38,062 nt of DNA from a virus. Lineage: Duplodnaviria; Caudoviricetes. The DNA lies in the IMG/VR virus record IMGVR_UViG_3300020044_003096, positions 1 to 38,062 of that record. One strand, 5' to 3'. Of this stretch, positions 6,249-15,781 are shown piece after piece. The notes under the pieces were generated by a model, which was given only the letters and a program-made list of their open reading frames with translations, did not search any database and was not told where the DNA came from. Each line of letters starts with the position of its first letter. Position 1 is the first letter of the stretch. The position numbers and the translations under genes are program-made.

Positions 6249-6992
6249 ATGACCAACGAAAACGATCTGATCCGGCGCGGTGATGCGCATGACGCTGTGA
6301 GGAACACGGTGTCGATGTCTGACGCCCTTGACGCTATCGCAACCATCACCGCCGTTGCTGCCAGCCAGCCCGCCGATCCTGTCATCAAAGCGGATAGCTG
6401 TCAGCGGGTGACGGTCAAGCCGCTGGTGTGGGAGCATGAACACATGGAGGGTTGGGTGTTTGCTCGTGGAGGAGTGCTGCAATACGCCATCATGCTGAGT
6501 GTCAATCGCGTATATGGTGTCCACGGGGAACATGATGGGGCCGCTCAGTTTCCCACCATCGAAGCCGCCAAAGCCGCAGCCCAAGCCGACTACGCAACCC
6601 GCATCCTCGCCGCCATCGACATGCAACCCGGCGATCCTGCCGTCAACGCTGATAGCTATCATGCGGATCAAGAGAAAAACTATCTTCACCTGCACAATGC
6701 GGCATATGATGTGTGGAGATGGTTTGAGCTAGCTCGGCCTGATCTTATTGGACAGCGCGCAGAAAAATTGCGTGATGCTGTTATGGGACCGCGTCCATAT
6801 GGATCATTTCCTCTCGACATCCAGCCCGACCCACGCGATGCGATGATTGCGCGGCTGGTGGAGGCGCTGACGGATGTGCATAAAAAAGCAATCGGTCTGC
6901 GTGGTGATCAGGCTTACCGAGAGTTTGCCAGATATGCGGAAAAGAAAACCCGTGCCGCCATTGCCGCCGCGAAAGGACTGAACAATGAATAA
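6249..6992 (+). CDS. hypothetical GC-rich mosaic protein
   Basis: GGAG RBS; DLIRRGDA, VTVKPLVWE and FPTIEAAKAAAQADY modules; internal repeat. Confidence 0.8.
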   Translation: MTNENDLIRRGDAHDAVRNTVSMSDALDAIATITAVAASQPADPVIKADSCQRVTVKPLVWEHEHMEGWVFARGGVLQYAIMLSVNRVYGVHGEHDGAAQFPTIEAAKAAAQADYATRILAAIDMQPGDPAVNADSYHADQEKNYLHLHNAAYDVWRWFELARPDLIGQRAEKLRDAVMGPRPYGSFPLDIQPDPRDAMIARLVEALTDVHKKAIGLRGDQAYREFARYAEKKTRAAIAAAKGLNNE

Positions 6993-7209
6993 CCTAGTTG
7001 TCCTAAACAAAGATGTAACCAAACACCTCTGGGGCCTGCAAGATAAGACTTGGATACCTTTGGTAATGCTTACTATCAATGATACAAACCGTATCAATGA
7101 AATCATCAATGAAGTCCTATCTGCTGTCTCTGAACAAGCTGGTGGTGCTGTCCAGATGGGAAACATCATGTTTGTAGTAGATTCCTTTGATGCGTTTAAG
7201 GTGGAATGA
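6985..7209 (+). CDS. hypothetical protein
   Basis: AAGGA RBS; coupled to primase-helicase. Confidence 0.7.
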   Translation: MNNLVVLNKDVTKHLWGLQDKTWIPLVMLTINDTNRINEIINEVLSAVSEQAGGAVQMGNIMFVVDSFDAFKVE

Positions 7210-8820
7210 TTGTCAGAACAAAACCACCTTCCTTGTCCATTCCCTGAGTGTGGATCATCTGATGCCTTCTCATATGAAACAATCAAGAAAATGGGATATT
7301 GCCATTCTTGTGGTGAATCTTACCCCCATAAGAAAATGGTTGTTTTTGATTGGGCAAAAGATAGTTACCCTCTCAATAAACTAAGCAACAATAAGAAAGA
7401 AGAAATGAAACACTATGATGAAGATGCCTTTGTAAGTTCTGGTAGTAAAGGTGATTATGTAGAATGTCGTGGTATCCTTCCACGGGCAATGCAGACCTAT
7501 GATTGTCTGACTTACTTTGATGGAGAGAACAATCCTGTCAAACATACTTACAAGTATCCTAATGGAACAAGTAAGACACGAGGGTTTCCAAAAGACTTTA
7601 ACCTGAAAGAGAATAAAGGGTTTAAGCCAGATACCTTATTTGGTATGAACTTGTTCCCTGCTGGTTCTGCTGAAGCTGTAACGATTACAGAAGGTGAACT
7701 TGATGCTATGTCTGCCTATCAGATGCTTGGCTCTAAGTATCCTGTAGTTTCTCTACCCTCTGCTACTCCTTCTAAGAAGCTCCTAGAGAATTGCAAAGAT
7801 TGGCTAGGATCATTCAAGAAAATCTATCTGTCTCTTGATGCAGACGATAAGGCAGATAAGTTTGCTACAAGCCTGATGCACTTGTTTCCGGGTCGTGTCT
7901 ATAAGGTTCCACACGACAAATACAAGGATGCTAATGAGTTTCTTCAGGCAGGCCAAGGAGACCTCTACCGTAAGGCTTGGTGGTCGTCAGGTCTCTACAC
8001 ACCTGAGAACATCTATGCCACTGAGGAGCGCTTCCTAGAGCTTCTACACGACACACCAGAGTTTAGCTATATCCCTACTGGTATTGAATCTCTGGACGAT
8101 AAAATCCTTGGTCTTATGCAAGGGCACTTGACTGTTATCAAAGCACCAACTGGCATTGGTAAATCAGAGTTCATGCGGTATCTTGAATACAACTTTATCA
8201 AGAACCACCCTGAAGTTAGGTTTGCCACTTGGCACTTGGAAGAAACTAAGCTACGTTCTTTGCTTGGTGTTGTTTCTTACTGCCTTCAGGACAACCTTAC
8301 TCGTAAGGACTTGATTACTGCTAAGGGTAAGTTGAAGGATGTAGAAGAGGCTATTAAATATATCACTCATAATACAGGATATATGCAATATCATCTTGAC
8401 GAATCTGATGCTGATGGTCTAGTAGAACAAATCAGGGTTCTTACTCAGGTTTATGGTTGTCAATATGTAATGGTGGAGCCGTTGCAAGATTGTGTGACTG
8501 TTTCTGACGATAAGAGTAAGGAGACTATCCTAGCTGACTTGTCTGTAAAATTGTCTAAATTGGCTGCTGACTTGAATGTGGGTATTGTTACCATTGCTCA
8601 CACTAACGACAACGGTGATCCTAAATACTGTAAGATGATTGCCCAACGAGCTTCTGTTGTTATTGACCTTGAACGCGACAAAGAAGCGGATAATATGATT
8701 GACAGGAACACTACAAAGATTGTAGTAAAGAAGAACAGACCTTGCGGACTTGAAGGAGAAGCAGGGGAAATGGTTTTTGATAGTGAAAAGTTCACTTTGA
8801 CAGAAAAGAGGGGTTGGTAA
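7210..8820 (+). CDS. DNA primase-helicase (T7 gp4-like)
   Basis: Zn finger CPFPECGSSDA..YCHSC, TOPRIM ITEGELDAMS and LDADD, Walker A APTGIGKS, KNR motif. Confidence 0.95.
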   Translation: MSEQNHLPCPFPECGSSDAFSYETIKKMGYCHSCGESYPHKKMVVFDWAKDSYPLNKLSNNKKEEMKHYDEDAFVSSGSKGDYVECRGILPRAMQTYDCLTYFDGENNPVKHTYKYPNGTSKTRGFPKDFNLKENKGFKPDTLFGMNLFPAGSAEAVTITEGELDAMSAYQMLGSKYPVVSLPSATPSKKLLENCKDWLGSFKKIYLSLDADDKADKFATSLMHLFPGRVYKVPHDKYKDANEFLQAGQGDLYRKAWWSSGLYTPENIYATEERFLELLHDTPEFSYIPTGIESLDDKILGLMQGHLTVIKAPTGIGKSEFMRYLEYNFIKNHPEVRFATWHLEETKLRSLLGVVSYCLQDNLTRKDLITAKGKLKDVEEAIKYITHNTGYMQYHLDESDADGLVEQIRVLTQVYGCQYVMVEPLQDCVTVSDDKSKETILADLSVKLSKLAADLNVGIVTIAHTNDNGDPKYCKMIAQRASVVIDLERDKEADNMIDRNTTKIVVKKNRPCGLEGEAGEMVFDSEKFTLTEKRGW

Positions 8821-8984
8821 TGACGCTAGATGAAGCCTTTAATGATTGGTTAGATGGACCTAGCCCTACCAAAGAGCCACGAAGAGTGTGGCAAGAGGAA
8901 AGTGATCTTGGTAAACTAAAGTGGGCATTTACTTTTGGTTGGTTGTTAGGACAAGAGCAACTAATGAAACAGGAGACAGAATAA
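8820..8984 (+). CDS. hypothetical protein (54 aa)
   Basis: Read manually; TAATG coupling. Confidence 0.55.
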   Translation: MTLDEAFNDWLDGPSPTKEPRRVWQEESDLGKLKWAFTFGWLLGQEQLMKQETE

Positions 8985-9137
8985 ATGAGTAATGGTTATC
9001 AGACTGCTGAAAGCCTGTTGAAACTCCGTAAGGAGTTAATCAAAAAGGCTCTTGAAGACTATGACCCATCTAACGGTCTTGGAGGATACACTATCCTTCG
9101 TGCTGCACGAGATGGTTTGATTAAGGTTATTGAGTAA
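8985..9137 (+). CDS. hypothetical protein (50 aa)
   Basis: Read manually; AGGAG RBS. Confidence 0.6.
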   Translation: MSNGYQTAESLLKLRKELIKKALEDYDPSNGLGGYTILRAARDGLIKVIE

Positions 9138-9310
9138 TGAGAAATGTAGTCTTTTGCAAAACTGCCCATCCAAAATTACATATCATTGTCGGTGTAGATG
9201 GAGAAGAAAATGAGATTTATCTGGATGAAGATGAACTGGTTGACTTGTTTAAGTATATGAATAAGTATATGCCACATATTATTGATAAGGCTATAGAGGA
9301 TAATTACTGA
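9137..9310 (+). CDS. hypothetical protein (57 aa)
   Basis: Read manually; TAATG coupling. Confidence 0.55.
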   Translation: MRNVVFCKTAHPKLHIIVGVDGEENEIYLDEDELVDLFKYMNKYMPHIIDKAIEDNY

Positions 9311-9311
9311 A

Positions 9312-9509
9312 ATGAAAACACAATTACATGTATGTGAAGGTTGTGGACAAGAACTTTCTGATGGTGGTAGTGTAGGTTTATATTGTAGTAATGATTCATG
9401 TGACTATGAAATGATCCAGTCAATGAAATTTTTTCGTAAGATGAAAGAAGCTGAAGAAATCAAAGAATTAGCTAGGCTTAAAGCTAAGTATGAAAATGGA
9501 GGAAAATAG
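9312..9509 (+). CDS. small zinc-binding protein
   Basis: CEGCG...YCSNDSC; GAGGA RBS. Confidence 0.7.
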   Translation: MKTQLHVCEGCGQELSDGGSVGLYCSNDSCDYEMIQSMKFFRKMKEAEEIKELARLKAKYENGGK

Positions 9510-9512
9510 TAA

Positions 9513-11369
9513 TTGAAATACATCGTCCTTGACTCAGAAAGTGATGGTCTTTGGGAGGAAGCTACTAAACTCCACGTCCTAAGCTGGACAGAGGACGGTA
9601 TCAACTACAAATCCACTAATGACTATAATGAAATGCGGTCTATCCTGACTACACCAGATACTAAGTTCGTAGCCCATAACTGTATCCGACACGACCTGCC
9701 GTTGTTCAATAAAATCCTTGGTCTTGAACTTACCTACAAGAGTTTTGTAGATAGTCTAGCCTTATCTTGGTATGTGAACTTTGATCGTCTTAAGCACGGT
9801 ATTGAAAGTTATGGTATTGATTATGGTGTTCCGAAGCCTAAAGTAGATGATTGGGAAGGTTTAACCTACGAAGAGTATAAACATCGTTGTGAAGAAGATA
9901 CTAAGATCAACTGGCAACTTTGGAAAGAACTTGATGGTAAACTAGACCAACTCTACACAGATCAGAAAGATAAAGACCGTCTGATTGATTATCTTGGTTT
10001 TAAGATGGATTGTGCTAGGGAAGCTGAATTAACTAAGGTTCGTCTTGATCTTGATCTCTGTCAGAAATCCTATGACACTTTGGTTCAACAAAAAGAAGAA
10101 AAGACCATTGAACTTGCTAAGGCAATGCCTAAAAAGCCTATCTACAAGCAAGTCAATAAACCAAAGGAACTCTACAAGAAAGATGGTAGCCTTTCTGTAG
10201 CAGGGAAGAAATGGCTTGACACTCTTATTCAACTAAAGCTACCACATACTACTGTAGGCTCTGTAAATGTCCTAGAGGGTTATGAAGATGGCAACCCTAA
10301 TTCATCTGACCAAGTAAAAGAATGGCTACACAATCTTGGTTGGAAACCTAAGACCTTCAAATATGTGAAGGACAAGAAAACTGGCAAGGAGCGGATGATT
10401 GAACAAGTCCGTGATGATGGTGAACTCTGTGAAAGCGTAACTGACCTTATTGATAAAGACCCTGCTGTAGGTATCCTAGAGGGTCTGACAGTAATCAGTC
10501 ACCGTATGGCTATCTTCAAATCTTTCCTTGATTGTCATAAAGATGGTTGGTTGAAGGCAGAGATTAGTGGTCTTACGAATACTTTCCGTTTCAAGCACTC
10601 TAAGCCTTTGGTCAATCTCCCCGGAGTGGATAAACCTTGGGGTAAAGAGATTAGGGGTTGCATGTTGCCACCAGAAGGGTATATGTGGGCTGGTAGTGAT
10701 ATGGTAAGTTTGGAATCAACCACGAAAAAACATTATATGTTTCCTTATGACCCAGAGTATGTAAAACAGATGTCTACAGAAGGTTTTGATGAACATCTGG
10801 ACCTTGCTACTTTTGCAGGTGCAGTTACACAACAACAAATTGACAGTCACAATAAAGGGGAGATAAACCTAAAACCAATCCGAAAGAAATACAAAGCAGC
10901 AAATTATAGCTGTATCTACGGAGTTGGTGCTGCTAAGTTAGCAAGAGAGATTGAAGTTTCTAAGAAAGAAGCTGAAGCTCTTATTGAGGCTTATTGGAAG
11001 CGTAACTGGTCTATTAAACGGGTATCAGAAACACAGAAAGTAAAGCTTGTAGGTGGTTCTATGTGGCTACAAAATCCTGTGTCTAAGTTCTGGCATAGTT
11101 TGCGTAGTGAAAAAGATATTTTTTCTACTCTTAACCAGTCTACAGGCGTCTATTGCTTTGATACTTGGCTATACTATACACGTCTTATGGGGTTACCTAT
11201 TGCTGCACAATTCCATGATGAACAACTTGTCCCCGTAAAGATCGGTGATGAGGATTTTGTTAAAGGTGTCTTGAAGGATGCCATTAACTTCACTAACAAG
11301 AAACTTAGGCTTAACGTAGAGCTTGATGTTGATTGTCAATTCGGTGTCAACTATGCAAGTGTTCATTAA
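9513..11369 (+). CDS. polA: family A DNA polymerase with 3'-5' exonuclease domain
   Basis: Exo I LDSESDG, Exo II AHNCIRHD, motif A GSDMVSLE, motif B RKKYKAANYSCIYG, motif C FHDE. Confidence 0.95.
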   Translation: MKYIVLDSESDGLWEEATKLHVLSWTEDGINYKSTNDYNEMRSILTTPDTKFVAHNCIRHDLPLFNKILGLELTYKSFVDSLALSWYVNFDRLKHGIESYGIDYGVPKPKVDDWEGLTYEEYKHRCEEDTKINWQLWKELDGKLDQLYTDQKDKDRLIDYLGFKMDCAREAELTKVRLDLDLCQKSYDTLVQQKEEKTIELAKAMPKKPIYKQVNKPKELYKKDGSLSVAGKKWLDTLIQLKLPHTTVGSVNVLEGYEDGNPNSSDQVKEWLHNLGWKPKTFKYVKDKKTGKERMIEQVRDDGELCESVTDLIDKDPAVGILEGLTVISHRMAIFKSFLDCHKDGWLKAEISGLTNTFRFKHSKPLVNLPGVDKPWGKEIRGCMLPPEGYMWAGSDMVSLESTTKKHYMFPYDPEYVKQMSTEGFDEHLDLATFAGAVTQQQIDSHNKGEINLKPIRKKYKAANYSCIYGVGAAKLAREIEVSKKEAEALIEAYWKRNWSIKRVSETQKVKLVGGSMWLQNPVSKFWHSLRSEKDIFSTLNQSTGVYCFDTWLYYTRLMGLPIAAQFHDEQLVPVKIGDEDFVKGVLKDAINFTNKKLRLNVELDVDCQFGVNYASVH

Positions 11370-11383
11370 ACATAGGGGTAAAT

Positions 11384-12049
11384 ATGACTGTTACACTTTT
11401 ACAAGGGGATTGCCTTGAGTTGTTAGATACCATCGAAGATGGGTCTGTTGATATGGTAGTGACTGATCCCCCTTATGGTATGGATTTTCAGTCTAATCGG
11501 TCTAAAAATGGACCCAGACATAAGAAAATCCTAGGAGATTCTGGTGTAAATACTGCATGGATTACTAAAAGCTATCACAAGCTTCGTGAAGGAGGGGGAA
11601 TTTTAACCTTCTGTGACTGGAATACTAGCCATATTTGGAGGGAAAATCTAGAGTCAGCAGGTTTTCAAATTAAGTCTCAAGTCATTTGGAACAGACTTCA
11701 TCATGGTATGGGGGATTTATTTGGAGCTTTTGCTCCTATGCATGACATTATTTGGTATGCCACAAAAGGAAGGCGAAAATTTGTAAATGGCCGACCAAAA
11801 AGTGTTGTTGAATACAAACGTCCATCTCCGTCAGAAGATAATGGACATCCCACATGTAAACCTGTTAAACTTATGAGTGATTTAATCACTGCAACTGATG
11901 ATGGGGTTACAAAAATTATTCTTGACCCTTTTATGGGTTCAGGGTCAACCGGAGTGGCTTGTAATAGCCTAGGTAAAAGTTTTATTGGCATAGAGCTTGA
12001 TCAAAATTATTTCAATATTGCTAAAAAAAGAATTGAAAATAACATCTAA
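11384..12049 (+). CDS. DNA methyltransferase, N6-adenine/N4-cytosine, beta class
   Basis: GDCLE, VTDPPYG, HPTCKP, ILDPFMGSGSTG, IGIELD; ATG 11384 after AGGGG. Confidence 0.92.
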   Translation: MTVTLLQGDCLELLDTIEDGSVDMVVTDPPYGMDFQSNRSKNGPRHKKILGDSGVNTAWITKSYHKLREGGGILTFCDWNTSHIWRENLESAGFQIKSQVIWNRLHHGMGDLFGAFAPMHDIIWYATKGRRKFVNGRPKSVVEYKRPSPSEDNGHPTCKPVKLMSDLITATDDGVTKIILDPFMGSGSTGVACNSLGKSFIGIELDQNYFNIAKKRIENNI

Positions 12050-12054
12050 AACAC

Positions 12055-12083
12055 TTGACTTTCTATAAACTACACCCTATATA
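12055..12083 (+). promoter_or_regulatory. promoter upstream of SSB gene
   Basis: TTGACT-17 bp-TATATA with CTACACCC before the -10. Confidence 0.7.
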
Positions 12084-12116
12084 CAACATCCAATCGGATA
12101 GAAAGAGAACTACATA

Positions 12117-12626
12117 ATGGCTAACGGCACTAAGTTTGTTGAAGTAACCACTACTGGGCCTATTGAATGGGCAAAAATCTTTGAGTCCAACCGTGATATG
12201 GACGGTTATGAAGGTTCTTACACTGATTGTGAAGGTGCTTATACTCTGGTGCAAGTGCTGGACAAAGCACAATTCGAGAAGCTCAAGAAAGCGGGTTCTC
12301 AGAAGAAACCAATCCAATCTCGTATGATGGACGGTGTCATTGCAGTTAAGTTTGAACGTAAGCACAAAGTAACTACCAAGAATGGTGATGTTATTGCTAA
12401 AGCTGGTGGTGCACCTAAAGTAGTTGGTCCTGATGGTAAGCCTTGGGACATTGAAAAAGATGGTTTGATTGGTAATGGCACTATTGCTGAAGTCACTAAC
12501 CTGATCCAGACCTTCGGTTATGTGGATAAAGAGGGTAAACCACAAAAGACTTCACGGACTGCATTGACTAAGATTAAGATTGTTGAACTGGTTGTTTACG
12601 AGCGTCAAGAGGAAGAGACTGAATAA
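12117..12626 (+). CDS. single-stranded DNA-binding protein (T7 gp2.5-like)
   Basis: IEWAKIFE, LIGNGT.AEV, acidic C-terminus; position in the replication module. Confidence 0.75.
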   Translation: MANGTKFVEVTTTGPIEWAKIFESNRDMDGYEGSYTDCEGAYTLVQVLDKAQFEKLKKAGSQKKPIQSRMMDGVIAVKFERKHKVTTKNGDVIAKAGGAPKVVGPDGKPWDIEKDGLIGNGTIAEVTNLIQTFGYVDKEGKPQKTSRTALTKIKIVELVVYERQEEETE

Positions 12627-12808
12627 TGAAGATTATCTTGACCATGCAGAGTGACTACGGTAAACAAGTCACTATCGAACAAAATGACGTTGACTATATC
12701 CAAGATTACCTAGAAACTGTCCTATCATTTACCAAAGCTATCGGTTATGATTATGTAGAACATGTCGGTGTAATTAAACACGGTAAAGAAGAAGAGTGGA
12801 CCCAATGA
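12626..12808 (+). CDS. hypothetical protein
   Basis: TAATG coupling; SFTKAIGY pattern. Confidence 0.7.
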   Translation: MKIILTMQSDYGKQVTIEQNDVDYIQDYLETVLSFTKAIGYDYVEHVGVIKHGKEEEWTQ

Positions 12809-12960
12809 TTTATTTTGAAATGCTTCTACAAACAACTCTACTCCTTGGGTATGCCCTTCATCTCTTTAAAGGTATTCTTCACAAAGAACATGAAGGACGT
12901 TTGGAAGGTATTCTTCTAGCTATTCTATTTTTCATGGCCCTTGCACAAGGTTTCAAATAA
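12805..12960 (+). CDS. small membrane protein (51 aa)
   Basis: Read manually; ATGA overlap; two hydrophobic stretches. Confidence 0.55.
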   Translation: MIYFEMLLQTTLLLGYALHLFKGILHKEHEGRLEGILLAILFFMALAQGFK

Positions 12961-13629
12961 TTGACTAAGATTAATGCCCGACTGGTTGCAGTTACTCAAC
13001 CTACTGTAGAAGTGGCTGCGTCTAACTCGGAGGCTCTAGTTGCATATTGCGCTAGGGTCTCCAACCCTTCTAATCAAGATAACCCTGACTACAAGAAACT
13101 TCTTGGTTATTGTATGGATCACCATCATTGGTCAGTGTTTGAGATGGCTAATGCTATTGTTGAGGTAGAAGCCCCACGAGACATTACTCGTCAACTTCTT
13201 CGTCACCGTAGTTTCAGTTTCCAAGAGTTTAGTCAACGATACTCTGATGAGATTGAATTTACTGAACGGGAATTTCGTCGTCAAGACACTAAGAACCGTC
13301 AGAACTCTATTGATGATCTTGAAAAAGGTTATATTGAAAAACTTTCCTATGATTCTGAAAGTCTTGTCAACGAAATTGAAGACTACTACAAAGGTATGCT
13401 TGGAAACGGTGTAGCTAAAGAGTGCGCTCGGGTTATCCTTCCTGAAGGTCTGACTATGAGCCGTCTATATGTGAATGGAACCCTTCGTAGTTGGATGCAC
13501 TTCCTTCAAGTTCGTGAAGGTAATGGCACTCAGAAAGAGCATATGATCTTGGCGAATAAAATTCGAGAGGTTCTTGAACCTGCATTTCCCACAGTGTTCA
13601 GTATGATGAAAGGTAATGAAAATGTCTGA
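12961..13629 (+). CDS. thyX: flavin-dependent thymidylate synthase
   Basis: AYCARVS, HHWSVFE, RQLLRHRSFSFQEFSQRY (RHRx7SxR), KECARVILP. Confidence 0.97.
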   Translation: MTKINARLVAVTQPTVEVAASNSEALVAYCARVSNPSNQDNPDYKKLLGYCMDHHHWSVFEMANAIVEVEAPRDITRQLLRHRSFSFQEFSQRYSDEIEFTEREFRRQDTKNRQNSIDDLEKGYIEKLSYDSESLVNEIEDYYKGMLGNGVAKECARVILPEGLTMSRLYVNGTLRSWMHFLQVREGNGTQKEHMILANKIREVLEPAFPTVFSMMKGNENV

Positions 13630-13891
13630 ACTCGCTGCTTTGAAATCACTGCTGATTAGTAATCCCCACAATCAAGGTTTGTATTATGATGTTGTAACAG
13701 ACATTATTCGTGAAGAAATGGTTGAATACCTAAAGTTGTTGCAAGACCCTGACTACGATATTTATGAAAATAAGAAGAATAAGAAACGATACCGTAAAGC
13801 TTATACGTTGGTTCTTGAACACTATTCAACCCCAACCCAATTTCAGCAATCTATGATTGATATTTATGGGGTCAGTAACAATGAAAATTGA
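13616..13891 (+). CDS. hypothetical protein
   Basis: Overlapping ORF in the operon. Confidence 0.65.
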   Translation: MKMSELAALKSLLISNPHNQGLYYDVVTDIIREEMVEYLKLLQDPDYDIYENKKNKKRYRKAYTLVLEHYSTPTQFQQSMIDIYGVSNNEN

Positions 13892-14123
13892 GATTAAAGT
13901 CTCTGATGATGACCCAGAAGAATACACTGTTGAATACGATGAAGAAGCCAGAGTAAAACTTATTGGTGAAGGTGTTGACTTCTTGTTGTTGAAAGGTCTG
14001 TATGGACTTAATACTGATGAAGTAGTCCTTGCTTGTGAGCATCATGCTAAAGATCGTGATGAACGACTGAAAGCTCAAGAAGCAATTGCTACCATGACTG
14101 AATACTGGGAGAACCCTAGTTGA
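13881..14123 (+). CDS. hypothetical acidic protein
   Basis: ORF in the operon; start moved to ATG 13881. Confidence 0.65.
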   Translation: MKIEIKVSDDDPEEYTVEYDEEARVKLIGEGVDFLLLKGLYGLNTDEVVLACEHHAKDRDERLKAQEAIATMTEYWENPS

Positions 14124-14815
14124 AACTTTTAGTGGATGCCGATATTATAACTTATCATGCAGTTTACTCTTCTGAAGGCTCTACTATCTCAGGTCTGGTT
14201 GATAAACTTGATAGCATCATGGAAAGTATCCTCAACGCTCCAGAGGAACCTAACTGTGACTATCAAGGTTATCTGACAGGCACAGGCAACTTCAGACATG
14301 AAATCTCTGACATTTACAAGGCACAACGACCAAAAGAAAAGCCAGTTACCTTAAAGCTTGCTAGGAATTATTTGGTTGACAACTATGATGTTTCTGTAGT
14401 TGATGGTATTGAAGCAGATGATGCTATTGCTACAGAAGCTAATAGGATTGGTTATGAAAATGCTATCATCGTATCAATTGATAAAGACTTCATGCAAATC
14501 CCTTGCACTATCTACAACTACCAAAGACAAACTTGGAAAGTAGTCAGTGAATGGGAGGCTAAGGTAAACTTCTACACTCAGGTATTGACTGGTGATACTG
14601 CTGACAACATCAAAGGGCTTCATGGTATTGGTCCTAAGAAAGCAGCTAAGATACTTGATGACTGCAAAGATGAGGTTGATCTCTATAAGGCTTGTCTAGA
14701 TGCTTATGAAGGAGATAGTGAACGTATTTTGAAAGGTGCTAATTTGCTATGGCTAAGACGACACGAAGGTCAAGTATGGCAACCGCCCGAAGTAAGGGAT
14801 ATCGATCAGGTCTAG
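14120..14815 (+). CDS. 5'-3' exonuclease (T7 gp6/RNase H-like)
   Basis: LLVDAD, YKAQR, EADDAI, SIDKDF.QIP, GDTADNIKGLHGIGPKKA. Confidence 0.93.
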   Translation: MKLLVDADIITYHAVYSSEGSTISGLVDKLDSIMESILNAPEEPNCDYQGYLTGTGNFRHEISDIYKAQRPKEKPVTLKLARNYLVDNYDVSVVDGIEADDAIATEANRIGYENAIIVSIDKDFMQIPCTIYNYQRQTWKVVSEWEAKVNFYTQVLTGDTADNIKGLHGIGPKKAAKILDDCKDEVDLYKACLDAYEGDSERILKGANLLWLRRHEGQVWQPPEVRDIDQV

Positions 14816-15156
14816 AGGATAAGGTAGCTACACAACTCAAGGAGAGTGGTATACCTTTCGAGTATGAGAAAAAGAAGGTCAAATATGTTGTCCCTCAAAG
14901 TTCTCATACTTACACTCCAGACTTCACGTTTCCTAATGGTTTGATCATCGAGACTAAAGGATTATTTTCCTTAGCCGATAGAAAAAAGCACTTATTGATC
15001 AAAGAACAACATCCAGACCTTGACATTAGGTTTGTATTCACTAACTCTAGGAATAAGATTCGAAAAGGTTCTCCAACATCCTACGGTGATTGGGCAACAC
15101 AGAATGGCTTTAAGTTTGCTGATAAGTTAATCCCAAAGGAATGGCTAGATGAGTAA
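14749..15156 (+). CDS. endonuclease I / Holliday junction resolvase (T7 gp3-like)
   Basis: GYRSGLE, YTPDF, IIETKG, DRKKHLLIKEQHPDLDIRFVF. Confidence 0.95.
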   Translation: MAKTTRRSSMATARSKGYRSGLEDKVATQLKESGIPFEYEKKKVKYVVPQSSHTYTPDFTFPNGLIIETKGLFSLADRKKHLLIKEQHPDLDIRFVFTNSRNKIRKGSPTSYGDWATQNGFKFADKLIPKEWLDE

Positions 15157-15370
15157 AAAGATGTTTTCTATTAAAAGTCCTGATGGAAATTGGTGGTATA
15201 GCGGCAGAGGTCAACTTGTCTGGTCTGCTGCTGGTAAAGCAAAGCTCTCTTGGGGACAATTTAACTACAACCCGGACAAAGGATATGGCCCGGCCCACTG
15301 GAAAGACCATGCAGAACCTTTTGGTTGGAAGGTTGTTGAAGTAAATATTGTGGAGAAATCAATTGAGTGA
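15149..15370 (+). CDS. hypothetical protein
   Basis: Coupled ORF; AAGGA RBS. Confidence 0.65.
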   Translation: MSKKMFSIKSPDGNWWYSGRGQLVWSAAGKAKLSWGQFNYNPDKGYGPAHWKDHAEPFGWKVVEVNIVEKSIE

Positions 15371-15614
15371 AAAGATTTATAACGTAATCTCAGGCCCTTA
15401 CCACTCAAGCGAAATTCCTGACTGGGACATTGATACAGACGGTTGGGGACTTCCATATGGTGAAGGATGGATGCTTGTAGTCCAGATGGATGATGAGCGT
15501 GGAGTAGGGCTTAAGGTTGAGGAAATTATTCTTGAAACCCTTGAAGATGCCTTAGAGATTGTTGATTGGTTTAAGTCACAGATTGTTCCATATGATTGGG
15601 AGGAAATTGATTGA
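15363..15614 (+). CDS. hypothetical acidic protein
   Basis: TTG start after GGAG; KIYNVISGP motif. Confidence 0.65.
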   Translation: MSEKIYNVISGPYHSSEIPDWDIDTDGWGLPYGEGWMLVVQMDDERGVGLKVEEIILETLEDALEIVDWFKSQIVPYDWEEID

Positions 15615-15781
15615 GAGTTATTTTTGTAGTGTGCAGAAAAGCTTTTTTAGAAAATAGTTGGAAGGCTGTTATTTCATATCCCACCTATGAACGTGCAGAG
15701 CTTACCCTTCAAGGTCTTCTTGAGTACTCTAAAAACTCTGAGTTTTTCAAGATTGAAAAGGTATGGACAAACGATGACTAA
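15611..15781 (+). CDS. hypothetical protein (56 aa)
   Basis: Read manually; GGAGG RBS, TTG start, fills the gap. Confidence 0.5.
   Translation: MRVIFVVCRKAFLENSWKAVISYPTYERAELTLQGLLEYSKNSEFFKIEKVWTNDD

Noticed and set aside
6854-6861. GCTGGTGG (E. coli Chi)
   Set aside because: It falls in coding sequence, and the host is unlikely to use the enterobacterial Chi sequence.
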